A stretch of 64,000 nucleotides of DNA, from assembly GCA_963575745.1 (NCBI GenBank), contig CAUYUJ010000048.1:186001-250000 (forward strand). Direction: 5' to 3'. Position 1 is the stretch's first letter. Each line of letters opens with the position of its first letter. Positions 62,756 to 64,000 of this stretch are shown piece by piece. A program made the position numbers and the translations under genes. The stretch comes from Prorocentrum cordatum. Lineage: Eukaryota. The notes under the pieces are model-generated. The model was not told where the DNA came from and did not search any database. It was given only the letters and a program-made list of their open reading frames with translations.

Positions 62756-64000
62756 AGAACTCCACTTATCATGATGGGGACGGGGACCTTGTGTATGTAT
62801 AATGTGTATACACATTCATATACATATGTATATATGTTTTTATCCACAAGCGCTTATATATTTTAATTTTACATAAATGTATACAACTGTTTTTATAAAA
62901 CATGAAATAAGTGGTCGTGGCGTCGGGATCGCCTCACCGACGTGCTTTGCAAGGGAGTGTTGCCTCGGGCGCGCGAGCGTCGTCTGTTTGACAAGGTGAC
63001 AGTGGCCTCGAGAGCGCGACCGTGCTGCATTCTTGCGTGTCTCAGGCTCCCCCCCAGAAGGTCAGGCAACGCAATCCTGGGGGATGGTAGAGGGGTAGTT
63101 TTCGGGCTTCCACCATCGCGCGGTCTTCAACCATTACGGCATTGGGCGCAGAAGTGCGACCCCTATCATTAGAATATTGGAGCTGGAACTGTTCCAGGGA
63201 ACAGGAACACCTCCGCCTCGCAGCCTGTTGGCCCCGGGAGGGCTGGCGAATTCAGCTCTGCTCAGGGTATCTTTGGTGACATTTCTCGCTGGCCTCCTTT
63301 CAGGCCAAGATGTTCCTGGAGACAGCCAGAACTCTCGGTCCTTCGGAGCGCGAGTCCATGACCGTTGCGAGGCGCTTTGCAGCTTCTGCTTTTCCTGATT
63401 GCTTATTTTCTTTTCCTTCCAACGCAGTTCAATTCAGTGCAAAGTTGTCCCACGCGACTTGATGGAACATTGCGCTTTGTGATGCAAGGTTCATGATGAC
63501 CCGCCACCCATCGCAAGGCGATTGCCTGAGGCATAATCAGACATTGGACTGTTTTTCTCCGTGGCTCGTTCTCTACAGCACTTGTTGCGGAACAGCTGCA
63601 CCACATGCTCGGATTCTTGTTGCTTCTTGTCTGTAGAGATCGTGGTGCGCTTGTGTTGGGAAGTGGCACTGGCATCGAGCTGCATGGTGACGGTCTTCTG
63701 CTATCCCTTCTGCGCGCGAGGCGTGATCAGGACGTGAAGAAAGCTGCGCTCGGTTGGCGGGGGGCCGGAGCTGATGTCCGGCCGGTCGTGCCTTCGCAGG
63801 TCACGCTGCGCGACACGTGGGCTCGGCAACCAAAGTATTACGCCGCACGAGAATCGTTGCATCGAGTTAAGTCGGGCCTGTGCCTCTACAGGGGGAAAAT
63901 GCAAAAACAGTCACAAAATAGTATGGGGACGATTTTTTGATCATTTTTGCATATGTTTTGAGCATTTGGGGGGTATTTTTTATGCTTCGTCCAAAATCCG

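Noticed and set aside
62940..63900. Possible Copia-like RT fragment on the minus strand (ILWL...RPDIS)
   Set aside because: The motif spacing is wrong and no other pol motifs were found. The sequence is complex but cannot be assigned without a search.
1..64000. rRNA, tRNA, LTR pairs or prokaryotic RT systems (retron, DGR, group II intron)
   Set aside because: No such signatures were seen; all RT motifs are linked to APE and RNase H as in eukaryotic non-LTR elements.

Overview
Repeat-dominated eukaryotic DNA, almost certainly from a dinoflagellate: it holds one perfect and two near-perfect copies of the 22-nt dinoflagellate spliced leader (DinoSL, DCCGTAGCCATTTTGGCTCAAG). A Prorocentrum-like source is only inferred from composition. 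No intact protein-coding gene can be supported, and most long ORFs are translations of microsatellites ((GAT)n, (GAG)n, (ACT)n, (GGT)n, (ACCAGCACAACC)n). Three decayed, mutually divergent non-LTR retrotransposons share an APE endonuclease - RT - CCHC - RNase H layout: A (+, 7082-13810), B (+, 5'-truncated, 15869-21160) and C (-, 54365-44280, broken by nested insertions). Both elements that keep their 5' end (A, C) start exactly at a genomic spliced leader lying just downstream of a pyrimidine-rich (CCT-type) tract. This suggests LINEs that travel as SL-trans-spliced RNAs and may rebuild their 5' end by trans-splicing. Also present: a third SL heading a short retrocopy, many 150-205 bp palindromic MITE-like elements (several with clean 5-bp or TA target duplications), fold-back microsatellites, apparent A>G/T>C erosion of catalytic motifs, possible scattered minus-strand exons and a 100-N assembly gap.
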